The translations under genes and the position numbers were made by a program. The notes under the pieces were generated by a model that was given only the letters and a program-made list of their open reading frames with translations, was not told where the DNA came from and searched no databases. A DNA stretch of 33,754 nt from an archaeon (GTDB taxonomy: Archaea; Nanobdellota; Nanobdellia; Woesearchaeales; GW2011-AR9), in the NCBI GenBank assembly GCA_002686315.1, contig NZBO01000005.1, positions 1-33,754 of the forward strand, read 5' to 3'. Below, in pieces: positions 1-8,312 of this stretch. Each line of letters opens with the position of its first letter. Within the stretch, counting starts at the first letter, position 1.

Positions 1-97
1 TGGGAACAGCAAAGAAATTGCTCAAAGATTTAGAAGAATTGGATGAATTTAGGAGTAAAAATCCTTAACTTAACGACACTGACGTAAAGTCCAGGGC

Positions 98-111
98 ACA
101 TAACATCGTTA
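98..111 (+). repeat. Left copy of a 14-bp exact direct repeat flanking the relBE cassette
   Basis: acataacatcgtta, embedded in the palindrome cataac-atc-gttatg and preceded by taaagtcc. The same 14-mer recurs at 781-794, preceded by taaagccc. Confidence 0.7.
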
Positions 112-203
112 TGTCCAATTTTGCATTTGCAATTTTGAAGCCTCAAATCGATTCTCTTAAAGCTGGCCAAAAGATTTATATACGCCGCATATATACGGAG
201 TAT

Positions 204-434
204 ATGGTACAAGCAATGATACAAATCTCTAATGAAGCTAATCAAATCCTCAATATTGTCAAAGCTAAATATGACCTTAAAGATAAATCTCATGCAATTG
301 AGAGAGTAATTATTGAGTATGGCGGGGACTTTCTTGAGCCACAACTGAGACCTGAATTCATTCAAAAGATGAAAGACCGACAGAAAGAAGCTACTGTGAA
401 AGTGAAAGATTTCAACAAGCATTTTGGTCTTTAA
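204..434 (+). CDS. Type II antitoxin, RelB/DUF2683-like (ribbon-helix-helix type)
   Basis: The segment MVQAMIQISNEANQILNIVKAKYDLKDKSHAIERVIIEY resembles archaeal DUF2683/RelB-type antitoxins. The stop (432-434) lies 4 nt before the RelE-like toxin start. A TATA-like tttatata at 175-182 sits about 25 nt upstream of ATG 204, suggesting a leaderless mRNA. The track ORF starts at 111, but the added N-terminus looks non-genuine. ATG 216 is an alternative start. Confidence 0.6.
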   Translation: MVQAMIQISNEANQILNIVKAKYDLKDKSHAIERVIIEYGGDFLEPQLRPEFIQKMKDRQKEATVKVKDFNKHFGL

Positions 435-438
435 TAAA

Positions 439-705
439 ATGTATGAATATGAATTCAGAAAGAGCGTGGAAAAGATTCTCAAGAAATTGGGAAAGAAAAA
501 TCCAAAACAACTTTCCATTATTGGAAATAAAGTAAAAGAAGTTATCTTGAATCCCTACCATTACAAGAATTTACGTAAGCCACTTCAACATTTGAAGCGT
601 GTGCATATCGATAAGAGCTTTGTTTTAGTTTTTTCAGTAGATGAAAATACAAAAACAGTTATCTTTGAGGACTACGACCATCATGATAAAATTTATTCTA
701 AATGA
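439..705 (+). CDS. relE: RelE/ParE-family mRNA interferase toxin
   Basis: 88 aa. MYEYEFRKSVEKILKKLGKKNPKQ...NPYHYKNLRKPL..LKRVHIDKSFVLVFSVDENTKTVIFEDYDHHDKIY is the typical RelE/StbE layout. It lies immediately downstream of the small antitoxin gene. The track start 424 is in frame but overlaps the antitoxin stop, so ATG 439 is preferred. Confidence 0.75.
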   Translation: MYEYEFRKSVEKILKKLGKKNPKQLSIIGNKVKEVILNPYHYKNLRKPLQHLKRVHIDKSFVLVFSVDENTKTVIFEDYDHHDKIYSK

Positions 706-780
706 TTTTTGGCTAGCTAGGCTTCTTGCAAATGAAAAACTCTTCAACACTACGTGTCTTGCAGGGGATAAAGCCCTGAA

Positions 781-794
781 ACATAACATCGTTA
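781..794 (+). repeat. Right copy of a 14-bp exact direct repeat flanking the relBE cassette
   Basis: acataacatcgtta, 76 nt downstream of the relE stop. See the left copy. Confidence 0.7.
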
Positions 795-833
795 AGTTGA
801 ATCTGACTTGCTAGACGTATGCTCTGCTTTTGT

Positions 834-2042
834 TCATCGTTTATATACCTCAAAATCATGCAACGTTTCAGCACCAGTACATCTCCCTTCCTGATGCGTA
901 ATATGGAGTGTCATCTCATCAACCATCTTAACGACAATTTTTCCATCTGGGATTGGTGTAAAAGATCTTCCTATGTCTTCTCCCTGATAACAATACGTCC
1001 CGCCAGGTTTAACATGAGAAAAATCTCTGTTCATGTTACCTGTACTTTTGGGATAAAATTCATACTTTGACGCATCCGTGAATTTACCCGCTACTGATAC
1101 GACCTGCGCTCCCGAAAATTCAAAATCGCCTACGAACGCAAGAAAAACATCCCATTCAACAACGTACTCATCATCTGCCGATTCATGGAACCAATTTCCT
1201 TGTAATGTTCCTGGAACATCTTGCATTGTCGTGCTACACGTTCCATCATCCCGATCAAGTAAAGAATAAAATCTATCTTTCATTGTTGGTGGATAATAAT
1301 CAAAAACACATTGTAAATATCTATCTCGTTCAGGATAACGTTTTGGTTTAACAAAATCAAGAGGTTTACGTAAATCAATTAATCCAAAATCCCAGTTCCC
1401 TTGCCGTAATCCCACTGTTCCTAACAACGTACCTTCCTCAATTTTTTCTAAATCTAATATTTTGGTACAACCTTGTCCCACTGAGAACGATTCACATTTT
1501 TTTGTATCGAAAATAGTTTGCAACTCTGGTGATATGGTTTTCACATGATTATAGTATGCAATGATATCGTTACATACAGAAAAATAGATAGTGTAATCTC
1601 GTGGATCTTGCGTTATACCGTTACTCCAAGCAACGGCTGTTAGATAGATATCTGCAGGCGCGACGATCTCAACTTCTTTCCCACTTTGATCAAAATGGAG
1701 ATGTGGATGTTGAGTTGGAAAAGTATGCCCGGGAGGACCTAAATTACCAAGCGGTGTAATGGACGTCACGTCATTCATATCAACAGGGAAGGTTGTAAAG
1801 GGAGAGGTATCACAAGAAGGAAGTCTTTCTCTCTCACTCTTGGTTGGGATTTCTATCCTAAATACTTTTTGGGAAGATGTATCTTGTTGAGTGGTAGTTT
1901 TTTCTATCTCTTTCACTTCTTCTTTAGAAACAGGTATATTTCTCGTTTTTTCTACTTCTGGTTCTTCAACATCCAAAATCATTTCTTCAGTAGAACAGCC
2001 AAGTAGAAAAAGACACAATATAAAAAAAAATAACCTCTTTTC
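834..2042 (-). CDS. Secreted lipobox protein of unknown function
   Basis: The long ORF gets a signal peptide plus lipobox (MEKRLFFFILCLFLLGC) when started at the internal Met (2040-2042). An acidic Ser/Thr/Glu linker is followed by a Cys-containing globular region. No family recognised. A PHLHF motif is noted under rejected items. Confidence 0.6.
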   Translation of the reverse strand, partial: EKRLFFFILCLFLLGCSTEEMILDVEEPEVEKTRNIPVSKEEVKEIEKTTTQQDTSSQKVFRIEIPTKSERERLPSCDTSPFTTFPVDMNDVTSITPLGNLGPPGHTFPTQHPHLHFDQSGKEVEIVAPADIYLTAVAWSNGITQDPRDYTIYFSVCNDIIAYYNHVKTISPELQTIFDTKKCESFSVGQGCTKILDLEKIEEGTLLGTVGLRQGNWDFGLIDLRKPLDFVKPKRYPERDRYLQCVFDYYPPTMKDRFYSLLDRDDGTCSTTMQDVPGTLQGNWFHESADDEYVVEWDVFLAFVGDFEFSGAQVVSVAGKFTDASKYEFYPKSTGNMNRDFSHVKPGGTYCYQGEDIGRSFTPIPDGKIVVKMVDEMTLHITHQEGRCTGAETLHDFEVYKR

Positions 2043-2133
2043 CATAGATCTTTGTAAAACATGTAGATTTAAAAAACTTCTCATACGTGCCAATTGAGAT
2101 AATATTTAAAAGTAGAGTTATATTCATTCATGC

Positions 2134-2808
2134 ATGACCAATCAAGAACTCGTTCAATGGATTAGAACCGAAGAAGGAAAAGGACATTCCAGAAAAGAAC
2201 TTACCAGTATGCTTTTGCAACAAAAACATTCAATGCAAGATATCACCGATGCATTTAACTCAATCCATGCGCAACCTTTTTTAGTCTCATTTACACTCTT
2301 ATGTGGTGTCGGAATCATCTCGTTACTTGTAGTTATGTTCATCATTGCAATTGTCACATTTTCATACAACACAACTGTAGGATATATCTTACTTCCAATC
2401 GTAGGAACAGTTGTTGGGTATTTCATGTACCACCTTAAAAAAAACCTACATGCAACAGAACGTTTTGGCGCATTACTTGGAATCTTTGCACCAACACTGC
2501 CAATTCTCTTCATACTTCTCTCACTCGAAGTATTACAACAACTTTCAGCACAATTAGCAGAATTTTCGGCAATTGGAGGAGGAGGTTTTTCCGGTCTCCT
2601 CACCATCTTTGGGCCAAGTATCATGAATCCATTTCTTGCAGCAGGGTTGTTCTACCTTTTTTGTAACCTGTTTATGATCATTTCGGTTTTCAAAGAACAA
2701 GAATACAAAACGTATTTATGGTACCTTCTTGCACCAACACTTTTCATTATAGTATGGTTGCTTGTTGATGTCTTTGTAGGAGGAATACTTCACTCAGCAG
2801 GACTCTAA
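2134..2808 (+). CDS. Integral membrane protein, about 5-6 TM helices, with a small N-terminal soluble domain
   Basis: 224-aa ORF with several hydrophobic stretches of 20 or more residues (for example LLCGVGIISLLVVMFIIAIVTF and YLWYLLAPTLFIIVWLLVDVFVGGIL). TAA stop. No family recognised. Confidence 0.6.
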   Translation: MTNQELVQWIRTEEGKGHSRKELTSMLLQQKHSMQDITDAFNSIHAQPFLVSFTLLCGVGIISLLVVMFIIAIVTFSYNTTVGYILLPIVGTVVGYFMYHLKKNLHATERFGALLGIFAPTLPILFILLSLEVLQQLSAQLAEFSAIGGGGFSGLLTIFGPSIMNPFLAAGLFYLFCNLFMIISVFKEQEYKTYLWYLLAPTLFIIVWLLVDVFVGGILHSAGL

Positions 2809-2831
2809 AACCACATTAGAATAAGAATAAT

Positions 2832-2839
2832 AAAAAAAA
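2832..2839 (-). terminator. Oligo-T terminator downstream of csp
   Basis: A run of 8 T on the minus strand, 14 nt after the csp stop codon. Archaeal termination typically uses oligo-T tracts. Confidence 0.4.
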
Positions 2840-2852
2840 TCAAAATGTACTC

Positions 2853-3047
2853 TTATGCTTCCATTGAAACATTAACTGCTTTTGGACCTCGGTCCCCATC
2901 AACAACTTCAAAGGTAACTGCGTCTCCTTCACGTAGTACAACGCCTTCGTTCAAACCAGATGAATGTACAAAAAATTCTTGACCATCATCAGCTTGAATG
3001 AAACCGTATCCTTTCTCGTCGTTAAAAAATTTTACTTTTCCGTTCAT
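2853..3047 (-). CDS. csp: Cold-shock protein (CspA family, S1-like OB fold)
   Basis: 64 aa. MNGKVKFFNDEKGYGFI (RNP1 KGYGFI) and FVHSS (RNP2-like FVH). GGAG lies 9-10 nt upstream of the ATG. Confidence 0.92.
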   Translation of the reverse strand: MNGKVKFFNDEKGYGFIQADDGQEFFVHSSGLNEGVVLREGDAVTFEVVDGDRGPKAVNVSMEA

Positions 3048-3053
3048 TGTATT

Positions 3054-3179
3054 TCACTCCTTGTCTTTATCTGCCTTTTTTTGACAGTTGTCACAATCAT
3101 ACTGTCGGGATTGTTTTTTCCCAACAACAAACCGTTTTTTACACGATCTGCAGTATTTAACTATGTTGTATTCTACCAT
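3054..3179 (-). CDS. Small zinc-ribbon protein (41 aa), not in the ORF track
   Basis: Hand translation gives MVEYNIVKYCRSCKKRFVVGKKQSRQYDCDNCQKKADKDKE, with two CxxC pairs. Its ATG (3177-3179) shares one nucleotide with the TAA of the upstream DEAD-box gene. Its TGA (3054-3056) lies inside the csp ribosome-binding region (GGAGTGA). Confidence 0.5.
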   Translation of the reverse strand: MVEYNIVKYCRSCKKRFVVGKKQSRQYDCDNCQKKADKDKE

Positions 3180-4375
3180 TATCTCCTCCCCCGGCCATAA
3201 TGACGCCGTGGCCCACTTCGATGTCTCGGCCCGTCAAAATTCCGACGTGGGACTTCAAACCGAACTTTAGGGAAGTTTTCATCTGGTAACTCCTCTACAT
3301 CTATCCCGTACTTATCGAGCACTTGCCCGAACGTACCGTAGTCATGTTGTGAAAGTAATGTGATCGCGCTTCCTGCTTCACCCGCTCGTGCTGTCCTGCC
3401 TACCCGATGGATGTATTCTTGCGGATCTTGCGATAAATCGTAATTATACACGTGTGTGACATCACGAATATCTAATCCGCGAGCTGCCACTGCACTTGCA
3501 ATTAAGTATTGTACTTTTCCTTCGTTAAATCGATCAATCACATGCAACCGTTTATTCTGCGACATTTTCCCATGAATCATCTCTGCCTTCACACCATTGT
3601 TACGCAGATTTTTTTGTACTAATTCAACGGTGCTTCGTTTCGAACAAAAGACGATGACCCTCCCAGCTTCCTTCTCTTTCTTCAGTAAATGGACAAGAAG
3701 GGAGAATTTCTGGTTCTGTTGCACGTTATAATAATACTGTTTCAACAAATCTTTTTTCACATGCAACTCTGCTTCCGCTTTCGCAGGATTGTTCATGTAT
3801 GCTTGTTGTAAGTAATGAATTTCATTTGAGATCGTTGCGCCAAACAACACAATTTGACGATCTTTAGGAGATTGTTGTAACATTTCTTCAATATCTTCAA
3901 TGAATCCCATCTCAACCATTTTATCTGCTTCATCAAGCACGAAAGTTGTCAATTTATGTAATTTCAAAGAATTCCTACCAATATGATCTAAGACACGACC
4001 CGGTGTTCCCACCACAATCTGTGATTCTCTGATTGCATCCACTTGCGGTTCAAAACCCACGCCACCAAAAATGGTTGCGATTTTAATATTGGTATATTTC
4101 GCCCATTTCCGCATTTCGTTTGAAATTTGGTTCGCTAACTCTCGTGTTGGCGCTAAGACTAATCCTTGGATGCCACCTTTTTCATCCGTTTTTTCAATTA
4201 ACGGGATACCAAATGATGCTGTTTTCCCACTTCCCGTTCGTGAAATGCCAATAACATCTCGTCCTTCATGTAAGAGAGGAATCGCTTTCTATTGAATCGT
4301 GGTAGGTTCTGTGATACCATCATCACGAAGACCTTTCACAATCGCGTCCTCAACTTGTAAATCTGTAAAATTCAT
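3179..4375 (-). CDS. DEAD-box ATP-dependent RNA helicase (CsdA/DeaD-like) with RG-rich tail, interrupted by one in-frame TAG at codon 29
   Basis: All helicase motifs are present in one frame: Q motif GITEPTTIQ[TAG]KAIP, motif I SRTGSGKT, Ia PTRELA, TPGR, II DEAD, III GAT, V ARGLD, VI HRVGRTARAG. The ATG is at 4373-4375 with GGAG upstream. The TAG (4289-4291) splits off 28 codons. The track shows only 3179..4114, which starts after motif I and would be non-functional alone. Confidence 0.8.
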
Positions 4376-4551
4376 GTTTTTCTCCAAGCCAGTTATTTTT
4401 GAAACAGAATGAGTATGATAAATACTAATCTGCTTCCGCCGAACAATATCAACTTCTAGCTATTTTTTGTTGTTTTTAGTAGTAAAAACAGGGTTTGTTT
4501 TTAAGGCTTTGGGTTCAAAAGGTATATATAGATTGAAATCCTTGGTCATAT

Positions 4552-4953
4552 ATGAAACTCGAAAAGAGTTGTGGGGGGCTTGTCGTCAATGAAGGTAAAG
4601 TGGCGTTAGTTTATCAAGCAGGCCCTGAAACATGGTCTTTTCCAAAAGGGCATAGAGAAAGCCATGAAACACCAATTGAGGCAGCATATCGTGAAGTCCT
4701 AGAAGAAACAGGCTTAACAAACCTCACGCTACTAAGACCTCTTGGTTCATACCAACGCCCAATCATTGGTCGGCCAGGAATTCTCAAAGAATTAACATAT
4801 TTCTTATTTATCTCAGATGACGATGAAATCATTCCAGAACGTTCAATTAACGTAGGTCAATGGGTCGATGTTAACAACGTGACAGATTTTTTGATCTATC
4901 AGCATGATATCGATTTCTATCGGCGAATTGAAGACATCGTTAGATCTGTGTAA
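4552..4953 (+). CDS. Nudix hydrolase
   Basis: Nudix box GHRESHETPIEAAYREVLEETGL (Gx5Ex7REUxEExGU). tatatata at 4523-4530 lies about 29 nt upstream of the ATG. Confidence 0.88.
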   Translation: MKLEKSCGGLVVNEGKVALVYQAGPETWSFPKGHRESHETPIEAAYREVLEETGLTNLTLLRPLGSYQRPIIGRPGILKELTYFLFISDDDEIIPERSINVGQWVDVNNVTDFLIYQHDIDFYRRIEDIVRSV

Positions 4954-5104
4954 CAATAACCTCTCCATCTCGAAGCGTTTTAAATGGAATCATGTTGTTT
5001 CTACAATACGTAACTTCCTTCTCAATATCAGCAGATTCAGGATGATCTGAGTCATAATGTGGTAAGATGAGATAGTCAAGTATTCCAAGTCCCTCCCAGA
5101 TTGA
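4940..5104 (-). pseudogene. 3' remnant of a peptidase E / S51-family (type-1 glutamine-amidotransferase-like) gene
   Basis: A stop-to-stop frame of 54 codons follows the methyltransferase TAA directly: SIWEGLGILDYLILPHYDSDHPESADIEKEVTYCRNNMIPFKTLRDGEVIVTQI. GLG...PHY...DGE matches the C-terminal end of S51 dipeptidases. There is no start codon or N-terminal catalytic part. Confidence 0.5.
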
Positions 5105-6211
5105 TTACTGTTTTTTCCAAAAGCTATCTGAATAAGTCAAATTTTTTTCGAAGATATTAATTGCAGGAACCAGATCTACTAGTTTATAATTATCCAAGTA
5201 TTCTTTATAATGATTTATAGTTGTCTTATGAAGAACGCCCGGCAATCCTTTTCGCTTAGCAGTTCCTTTTCCCATCATTCTTTCATTGAGATAGATATTT
5301 GATGCTTTTTCTTTTACATACGATAAATAATTTTTAACAAGGTGAGGCTCCATTTCTTGAAAACTTGCAGCATTCCAAAATAAATCAACTTTATTAAGTC
5401 CTTCGATAAGCGGAAACTGTTTAGTTCCTAAAATGAAAATTTTTCCTTTGATTGGCGATGGCAATTGTTTCTCATTTCTCAAATCTCCGTATGAAACAAC
5501 ATCATTTGGAAAGACAGATTTTAAATACTGTTCGCAAACATACAACTGAGGTGGAATGTCAAAAAGGTAAAAACAAATATTTGGATAAAGCTTTTTCAAA
5601 ATTTCTATCTGCTTTCCTGAACCTGATCCAAGTTCTATTATTGTTTGAATTGATTCAAAGTTTATATGTTGACTACAATACACATATCTTAGATAATAAT
5701 TAAGCGAATCTGGCGTATAGAGGGATTTTCCTACGGTAAATAGATCTTCAGGGTTTCCATGACTAGACATACTAATCTCTTGTATAGATTTCGCATTTAC
5801 ACTTTCTCCAATTGACTTACATTTTTTGAAAAGATAAAACCTGATTTCATCAAGTGTAGCACCATATAAGCTTATTGGACCTAACAAATTGTTTATTTTA
5901 TAATTTATAAAATTAAGGAATTTAGTATAAAAACTCATTTTCCTAGTATAATGATTATGCAAAAATTGAAATTTGAATAAATCTAATTTCAGAGGTAAGA
6001 CATCAACTGCTCCAAAACTTGAAAGAACAGAATACCTTCTACGTCTAAAGTTTTTCAATCCTTCTTTTTTTAATTCGGGAACAAAAAGCTTTTCATAGAC
6101 AGACCAATAATTTCCTGGCTTATAGAGTGCCGGAGCAGTTTTGAGGTCCGTCATCATCATATTTAATAACCTTAAGTCATCATTAACTTGTGTGCAATTT
6201 AATTTCTTCAT
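5105..6211 (-). CDS. Class I SAM-dependent methyltransferase (putative sugar O-methyltransferase-like)
   Basis: 368 aa. SAM motif I-like IIELGSGSGKQIEIL followed by FYLFDIPP. Noticeably lower G+C than neighbouring genes. Confidence 0.55.
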   Translation of the reverse strand: MKKLNCTQVNDDLRLLNMMMTDLKTAPALYKPGNYWSVYEKLFVPELKKEGLKNFRRRRYSVLSSFGAVDVLPLKLDLFKFQFLHNHYTRKMSFYTKFLNFINYKINNLLGPISLYGATLDEIRFYLFKKCKSIGESVNAKSIQEISMSSHGNPEDLFTVGKSLYTPDSLNYYLRYVYCSQHINFESIQTIIELGSGSGKQIEILKKLYPNICFYLFDIPPQLYVCEQYLKSVFPNDVVSYGDLRNEKQLPSPIKGKIFILGTKQFPLIEGLNKVDLFWNAASFQEMEPHLVKNYLSYVKEKASNIYLNERMMGKGTAKRKGLPGVLHKTTINHYKEYLDNYKLVDLVPAINIFEKNLTYSDSFWKKQ

Positions 6212-6382
6212 ATTAAAAAAATAAAAACAGGCCTATTTAAATATATTGGTCATTGAGAATCTGAAAAATCTAAAGAATCATTTTTTAGATTTTCTTAAGA
6301 GCTATAGATAAAATATTTCAATTCTAGAATACATAAAATCCTAAATAAATATCACTTCATTTGAGACAAATATATTAATAAT

Positions 6383-6856
6383 TTAATACTTCCCCCCTAC
6401 TTTTCGAATCATTCTATACACCATCTTGTTATACGAAGCTTTTTTCTTCATCATTTTATCCGTACTCCATCCAAGATTAAAGACATCATTTAATCCCATT
6501 ACAACAGCAGGACTTCTGCTAACACACAATGTACAATGAACAAGCACATCTCCATCAAGAAGGTAATGTTCTCTAAAATCATCAATAATAGTTTTTGCTA
6601 TGTCTGGCGTGAATAAGACGTGACGTTCAGCCAATGATGTAAGATCAGTTTCAGGGTAATGTTGTACTAACGTGTCAACATCTTGATCATCAAACGTGTA
6701 TTCACAGACGGTAAGCAAATTCGATTCACGCAATTCTACATCAGCAGTATTATGAGATCCAGGATATGAATCATAAATACGCATCACAAGTGTTGGAACA
6801 GAAGGAAGAAATCGAGGGATTAGTGCATACCCAGCTGTCATGATTCTCATTTTCAA
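6383..6856 (-). CDS. Cys-based protein phosphatase-like protein (HCx5R[ST] signature)
   Basis: VLVHCTLCVSRSPAV matches the PTP/DSP P-loop HCxxxxxR(S/T). Small size (157 aa) and an FDD...F...A..I..F layout like predicted protein tyrosine phosphatases (COG4551-like). Confidence 0.5.
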   Translation of the reverse strand: MKMRIMTAGYALIPRFLPSVPTLVMRIYDSYPGSHNTADVELRESNLLTVCEYTFDDQDVDTLVQHYPETDLTSLAERHVLFTPDIAKTIIDDFREHYLLDGDVLVHCTLCVSRSPAVVMGLNDVFNLGWSTDKMMKKKASYNKMVYRMIRKVGGKY

Positions 6857-7277
6857 GGTAATGAAGAAGTCCTTTATTTATGTTACCAAAAAAGTTTAAA
6901 TCAAGTGGGTGCCAATGTAGCATATTACCAAGGCGTAAATAGACCCAATTAGGAAATATAAAGGAATTATAGAAAGTATATGAACAACTAAGTTAAATTG
7001 TGAAGGAATCTGAAGCGTAAACTGTACAAAAAGTCTCGGCAATGCAAATAATAATAGAAACACAGTGCTAAATGTATTTTCCCAAATCCAGTCATAATTA
7101 ACCCCTTAATCTAAAATTAAGAATTCGACCACACCTATAACTGAACCAAGAATACCTCATTTAAACCACAAGGGAATTTTTTCCACTTCATATTTTCACC
7201 GACATTTAGACTGATATAAAATAATTTTTTAGTTTCCGCATCAAAACCTATAAATACCCAAAGAAAATGATAAGGAC

Positions 7278-8312
7278 ATGAAAAAAGAGGTTTCCATTGG
7301 CACAATTCGTCTCAAAAAAAATGGGATCGCGTATCGTAAAGCGAGGTTTGGATGGATAAAAGCGAAACAGCAATTTCCCCATGCCAAAAAAGTAATAACA
7401 CTTTTCAAAGCATCTAAGAACATACACGTCTTAGTAGACCCAAACAACAAATCATTTCTAAAAGGATCATATTACCAAGGACAACCACGAGGTGCACGCA
7501 TACAATATCTTCCAAATGGTGACATCTTAGAAAAAGCATACTCCTTATTTGCGCCACATCTTACCATCCATGATCAAACAAGTCACGACCATTGGGATGT
7601 GTTGTATCAAAATAAAGGCGGGACGTATTCATACGTCTATACAAAAGCAAAGAGAACAGCACATCGTAACGCGAAATATAAAAAAGTAGAACTATTCAAC
7701 AAACATTATAAGATACTTACACGGAATGTCCATAACGCACTTGGCAAAGATGCCATCGCACTTCCTCTACACACGCTTCTTAAAACGTATATGAGAATTG
7801 GAAACGAGACGTATTACAACGCACATAATCACAAAGGTCTCACGACGTTACAAAGGAAGGATGTCTCGATTAAAGGAAATCAGGTAACGTTCAACTACAT
7901 CGGCAAAGACGGTGTCCCGTTAGAAATAACAACCACCTTTTGTAAACCATACATTACAGTATTACAGAAACTTCTTACAACAAAGAAAAAAAATGAGTTC
8001 ATTTTCACCACAAATTCAGGCAGGCCGTTACCTGAACCACTGTTCAAACATGCATTCATTCACTATTGTGGCCATGAGTTTTATCCACACATCGTTCGAT
8101 CACATTATGCAACATCTACCGTCAAACAATTTCTGAAAGGGAAACGAACACTTACAAAAAAAGAGGCAGTAGTGCTATACACACAAATCGCACATAAGTT
8201 AGGACATAAGAAATTTAACAAAAAAACGCAGCAATGGGATGATTCATTCACAGTAACAGTACATAGTTATATCCAACCACAATTAATAGAAAAAATAAAT
8301 AATATGATTTAA
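7278..8312 (+). CDS. DNA topoisomerase IB, small poxvirus/bacterial type
   Basis: LLKTYMRIGNETYYNAHNHKGLTTLQRKDVSIKGNQVTFNYIGKDGVPLEI matches the TopIB catalytic-domain consensus (R.GN..Y...N...GLTTL....V......F.F.GK.G). A C-terminal HSYIQP is the candidate active-site Tyr motif. Confidence 0.8.
   Translation: MKKEVSIGTIRLKKNGIAYRKARFGWIKAKQQFPHAKKVITLFKASKNIHVLVDPNNKSFLKGSYYQGQPRGARIQYLPNGDILEKAYSLFAPHLTIHDQTSHDHWDVLYQNKGGTYSYVYTKAKRTAHRNAKYKKVELFNKHYKILTRNVHNALGKDAIALPLHTLLKTYMRIGNETYYNAHNHKGLTTLQRKDVSIKGNQVTFNYIGKDGVPLEITTTFCKPYITVLQKLLTTKKKNEFIFTTNSGRPLPEPLFKHAFIHYCGHEFYPHIVRSHYATSTVKQFLKGKRTLTKKEAVVLYTQIAHKLGHKKFNKKTQQWDDSFTVTVHSYIQPQLIEKINNMI

Noticed and set aside
1-68. Possible 3' end of a plus-strand gene (frame 3: ...AKKLLKDLEELDEFRSKNP, stop at 66-68)
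   Set aside because: Only 21 codons are visible and there is no recognisable motif, so it cannot be supported as a feature.
30-518. 162-aa ORF on the minus strand across the start of the window
   Set aside because: It is antisense to the well-supported relB/relE pair. The sequence is Phe/Leu/Ile-rich and low-complexity, as expected for the shadow frame of an AT-rich coding region.
1600-1760. PHLHF plus a later IEEGTLLGTVG in the lipobox protein, reminiscent of M23 (LytM) metallopeptidase motifs
   Set aside because: The order is reversed relative to M23 enzymes, where G..IG.VG precedes PHLHF. No HxxxD motif was found. It was treated as coincidence, and the protein stays hypothetical.
2964-3270. 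Track ORFs 2964..3200 (+) and 3088..3270 (+)
   Set aside because: They are antisense to csp, the Zn-ribbon frame and the helicase 3' end. They are hydrophobic shadow frames without motifs.
4289-4291. Genome-wide reassignment of TAG to a sense codon as the explanation for the helicase stop
   Set aside because: TAG terminates the ZPR1 gene (21579-21581) and the pentapeptide gene (22897-22899) at their expected protein ends. Reading through either would add about 30-40 nonsense codons running into the next promoter. TAA is the dominant stop here. The event is therefore local, as described in the finding, and not a code change.
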